From Botryllus schlosseri (Eukaryota): DNA of 64,000 bases. The DNA is taken from positions 20,894,001 to 20,958,000 of the forward strand of contig CM119374.1 in assembly GCA_051294905.1 (NCBI GenBank), written 5' to 3'. The notes under the pieces were generated by a model. It saw only the letters and a program-made list of their open reading frames with translations. It did no database searches and had not been told where the DNA came from. The position numbers were made by a program, and so were the translations under genes. Of this stretch, positions 60,619 to 64,000 are shown in pieces; the first letter of the stretch is position 1; each line of letters starts with the position of its first letter.

Positions 60619-61182
60619 TTAGCCACTCACGTCTCTTAGCTGACCAACACCAGGTTAGAAAATTCTGAAGACAGGAAGTCGATTCACTCGATAAGATAGA
60701 TTTCTACAACTGAATTGATACAGCAGCGTTGAAGCCGAAAATCGTTAAAAGACATCTAGAGAATTGGATAAGCAATTTGGATCTGACTTCCATCTGATAT
60801 TTGCATCTGAAAGTTGGTGGTAATTCTTCGACCCATCCTGCTGCCAATCGTCAGCTATTGTAAGCGCTCGCTTCCCGTCGGAATTGGCCGGCATTCTAGC
60901 TCAATGTTGCGTGAATCGGAAAGTATAACACAAGTACATAATTAGCTGATAAATCGCGCACATGCTTTTCTGGGTCAACTCGAAATAATAAACAACAATG
61001 GCCTATTCCCGCTGATTAAAAGGTGTAATTCAATCTCTACCAAAGAAGCTTCTCCATCTCCGAAAGACCACCAAATTTTGTCTGCTCCATAGAAATGTAC
61101 CAGTTCCACTGCGGTCATTGCCTCGAATATTTCAATGACGTCTTTATCTTGGAAGGAGTTTACTACATGTCATTTCTCTTAA

Positions 61183-61297
61183 GATGTAGTAAATAAAACC
61201 TTTGAGATGATCACAAAGCACCCAACTACAAACAGTTTGTTCGAAAATTCGTAGCTGCATTTCAAAATCTTGAGCACAAACATGAGCAAAAATACAC
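61183..61297 (+). pseudogene. Short frameshifted transposase relic resembling Chapaev3-type (CMC) proteins
   Basis: DVVNKTF/DDHKAPNYKQFVRKFVAAFQNL/NMS/KIH compared with the recalled consensus VVxNFLGNHKAxNYxxLVxxLLxAFQxLGCNMSxKIHF; family name from memory. Confidence 0.5.
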
Positions 61298-62090
61298 CCC
61301 CTGTGTGGAACAGTACCACACCGGATATCCGACAGTCGTCGACTATGTCCGCATTCAAGTCGAAATACTAGCAATTTCCACTAAATGAATACTAGTCCAG
61401 TGCTCTTCAACCGGGGTTTTCGTACACCCTAGGGTGTACCAGAATTTGCAAAGGGTGTACCATTCGGATGGGGTGTACACTGAATAGGGGTGTACCAGAC
61501 GGCAATAACTCCGCTTCTACTGGTTGGAATTGAATCAAATTTGAAGAACATCGTTTCTATAGACAACCTAACACTTTCATGGGGTGAACAGAAAAATTTC
61601 AAATTTTTCGTTATTTATCTTTATATCATAAATAGAAACTTTCTTCTTCCGTAGCAATGCGGCTACTGGTTGGAATTGGACCAAATTTGGTGTGTAGGCT
61701 TAAGTTAGGTAACCTAACAATTTTATCAAGTAGCCAATACGATTAGAGAAAAAAGTCATTTTTGAAGACCCCTAATGAACAGGGGTGTACCACGTCGAAA
61801 AAGGTTGAAGAGTACTGCTATAGTCTGCCCTCAAAAGTACTGGGGGACCACGACCTGACCTCTCGATCTCGCCTGCCGTGAATGCCACCCCGCTTGCTTG
61901 CTTTTCTATACTATCTTTTCTTTTACTTTTCATTCATTTCTTTTACTTTTCATCCTAGGCCAAGGTGGGTGTCTAATTTATAAGACTTCGCCAAGTCCTT
62001 TCGACACCTGCCTATCTTTTCATTATATCGCAATTTTTGTGGTGTATTGAACTGATAAAAATTGCTAATAAACCAATGATGATGATGATT
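61297..62090 (+). mobile_element. 5'-truncated CR1/L2-type LINE interrupted by a hAT MITE
   Basis: PPVWNSTTPDIRQSSTMSAFKSKY*QF.LNEY*, then 3'UTR ending AATAAACCAA(TGA)n; colinear with the reverse complement of 4548-4955. Confidence 0.8.
61398..61817. mobile_element. hAT MITE, TIR CAGT(G/A)CTCTTCAACC, GGGTGTAC subterminal repeats
   Basis: TIRs visible; partial TSD TACTAGTC/CTATAGTC with central TA; the LINE sequence resumes after it. Confidence 0.8.
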
Positions 62091-63559
62091 ATACCCGGGC
62101 ACTGTGGGACGCTCTGTGTGCAACGCGGTACATAGCACGTACGAGTCGTGGCATAGAACTCGCGGGCCTTGTTGCACGGCCTAGTCTAGAGACGGACGAT
62201 AACACTGGCCCCAAAAAAATCCATCGCCGTAGCCTCAGTCGAAATCAGAACTGGAAGTAAAGCAGAGTCAATGTTGAGGAAGTGCTACCTTCTTGTTTTA
62301 GTTCCAACAGTAGGCTATATCTAATTCATGTAAAAATATCAATCATCATGGTGGCTCATTAGCTCGCACAAAACTACGGGAATTACTAATTAATAACATC
62401 GATCTCGCCTTCCGCCACCTCATTTTGTCGCTTGCCTTTTATATTCTCTGCTTTACTTTTCATTCAGTGTGCATCAGGGCTCTTCAAAAATGACTTTTTT
62501 TCTCAAATCGTACTGGCTACTTGATATGAAATATATCGTACTGTGCAAACTCCTTTTAATTGCCAATAGCTCACTGATACTAACATTTTGCTGCTGAGAG
62601 ATGTTATGTTGGGGTTATGTTTGCGCAAAATTGGGATTTGAATTTCTTTGTACCCGCAAAATTGTAAACAATAGTTTGGGACAGAAATTACAGACTATAA
62701 ATTCCTAATCCGTCCCAGCAAAGTTATTGAGACCTCGCCACGAAATATATTTTCTTCTGTGATACACAATAACCACTATTCTAGATTTTCGAAAATCACT
62801 TTCTCAATATTGGGGCCATATGTTGCGAATATAAACAAAGATATCGTCGGAAGCTTTTACGCGTTAATAGTATATTCGCGACCACCTATCTTTGAGGAAA
62901 CATATTTTAGGTAGTCGTTCATATCAAATCTCAGGCGCGGATTTTCAAGCCACTGCCACGTATTTCAAGAAATGCAGCTACAGAATTCGTTTTGAAATAT
63001 TAAAAGTCTACCAAATTACGACATATATCATGGTGATATTTCAGGAAAATACAGTTTTTCCGGTTTAGCACTCTACAGTTAATGTGTGCACAAGACTGAT
63101 GACGGTTGCGTGATGACTGAGCTAAATTTGACTTTACCTTGAGTCCATAAGCGCGAAGTTTCAGCCTGCTGGTGCCCGGCGTTTATCTTGATCTCCCAAC
63201 GTCATACCATAAAAACTCCTTGTAAGTGCACTTGGTGACATTTCACATATTAAATCGCTTCATTTTCAACGTGTTCTCGTAACACGTGTAGCAAAACAAA
63301 TATAGGTCATTGCGACACTGTCTGTCTAGCTACATCACTCATTTTTTCAACATACGTAAAACAATGATGGAAATTTCGTAGGTTTCGTAAAAACGAGTGT
63401 AAAAGTCGAAAATTGCGATTTTTCAAACGACTATTCCGAGCCCGATCGGTTCGGTTAGTCTGTACAGCAAAGGGGGAGATCGCTTATCGCGTCGACACCC
63501 TCGGGTGGTATCTGCGACGTGAGGTCGCCGAGCATTAGTGCGCCAAAGTGTATTGTCGG

Positions 63560-63972
63560 TACTGTCCATTCTTGGTAATGGTCATTCTCTGTAATAGCAT
63601 TCTCGGTAATGTCCATTCTCGGTTATGGTCATTCTCGGTAATGGTATTCTCGGTAATAGACATTCTCGGTAATAGCTTTCTCGGAAATAGCCATTCTCGG
63701 TAATAGTCGTTCTCGGTAATAGCATTCTCGGTAATGTCCATTCTCTGTAATGGTCATTCTCGGTAATTGTATTCTCGGTAATAGACATTCTCGGTAATAG
63801 TATTCTCGGTAATAGCCATTCTCGGTAATAGCCATTCTCGGTAATAGTATTCTCGGTATTGTCCATTCTCGGTGATGTCCATTCTCGGTATTGTCCATTC
63901 TCGGTAATGTCCATTCTCGGTATTGTCCTTCTCGGTAATAGCATTCTCGGTAATAGCATTCTCGGTATTGTC
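63560..63972 (-). repeat. Right TIR array: the same unit, inverted
   Basis: CATTCTCGGTAAT units; the distance from the element end to the first TACCGAG (13 nt) is equal on both sides. Confidence 0.95.
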
Positions 63973-64000
63973 CGGATACGGGTTAAGGCCGATTGGATGC

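Larger units (their letters stand above)
57154..63980 (-). mobile_element. Mutator-superfamily (Phantom-like) DNA transposon with foldback tandem-repeat TIRs, 6,827 bp
   Basis: Exact 9-bp TSD GGTTAAGGC at 57145-53 and 63981-89; inverted repeat arrays at both ends; internal FLYWCH and MULE exons. Confidence 0.92.

Noticed and set aside
57160-63972. CRISPR-like appearance of the short repeat arrays
   Set aside because: Head-to-tail units with no unique spacers, no cas genes, eukaryotic context

Overview
Eukaryotic, AT-rich animal DNA. The short (56-70 nt) introns and phase-1 modular exons look like a marine invertebrate, possibly an ascidian; the species is an inference. (1) One large minus-strand spliced gene runs from ATG 43605 off the left edge. 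I reconstructed 35 exons (~3,290 aa in window): signal peptide, an acidic Ser-Gly micro-exon, a single 5,340-nt mucin exon, 20 calcium-binding EGF domains (one per exon), FN3, SEA (PGS site), 5 FN3, then EGF. (2) A 6.83-kb Mutator/Phantom-like transposon lies at 57154-63980. It has a perfect 9-bp TSD, foldback-type inverted ends built from ~26 tandem 15/16-bp repeats, and an intron-containing FLYWCH+MULE transposase that lacks a recognisable first-catalytic-Asp exon. (3) A Penelope-like element remnant (GIY-YIG C-terminus, inverted/tandem pLTRs) at ~40470-41500 carries four minimal type I hammerhead ribozyme motifs. A fifth motif is at 722-755, and an apparently covarying loop II pairing links the copies. 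(4) Many hAT-type MITEs (several with 8-bp TSDs), a P-like foldback hairpin, tRNA-derived SINEs and CR1/L2-type LINE 3' ends, often nested. No CRISPR, rRNA or true tRNA genes were seen.
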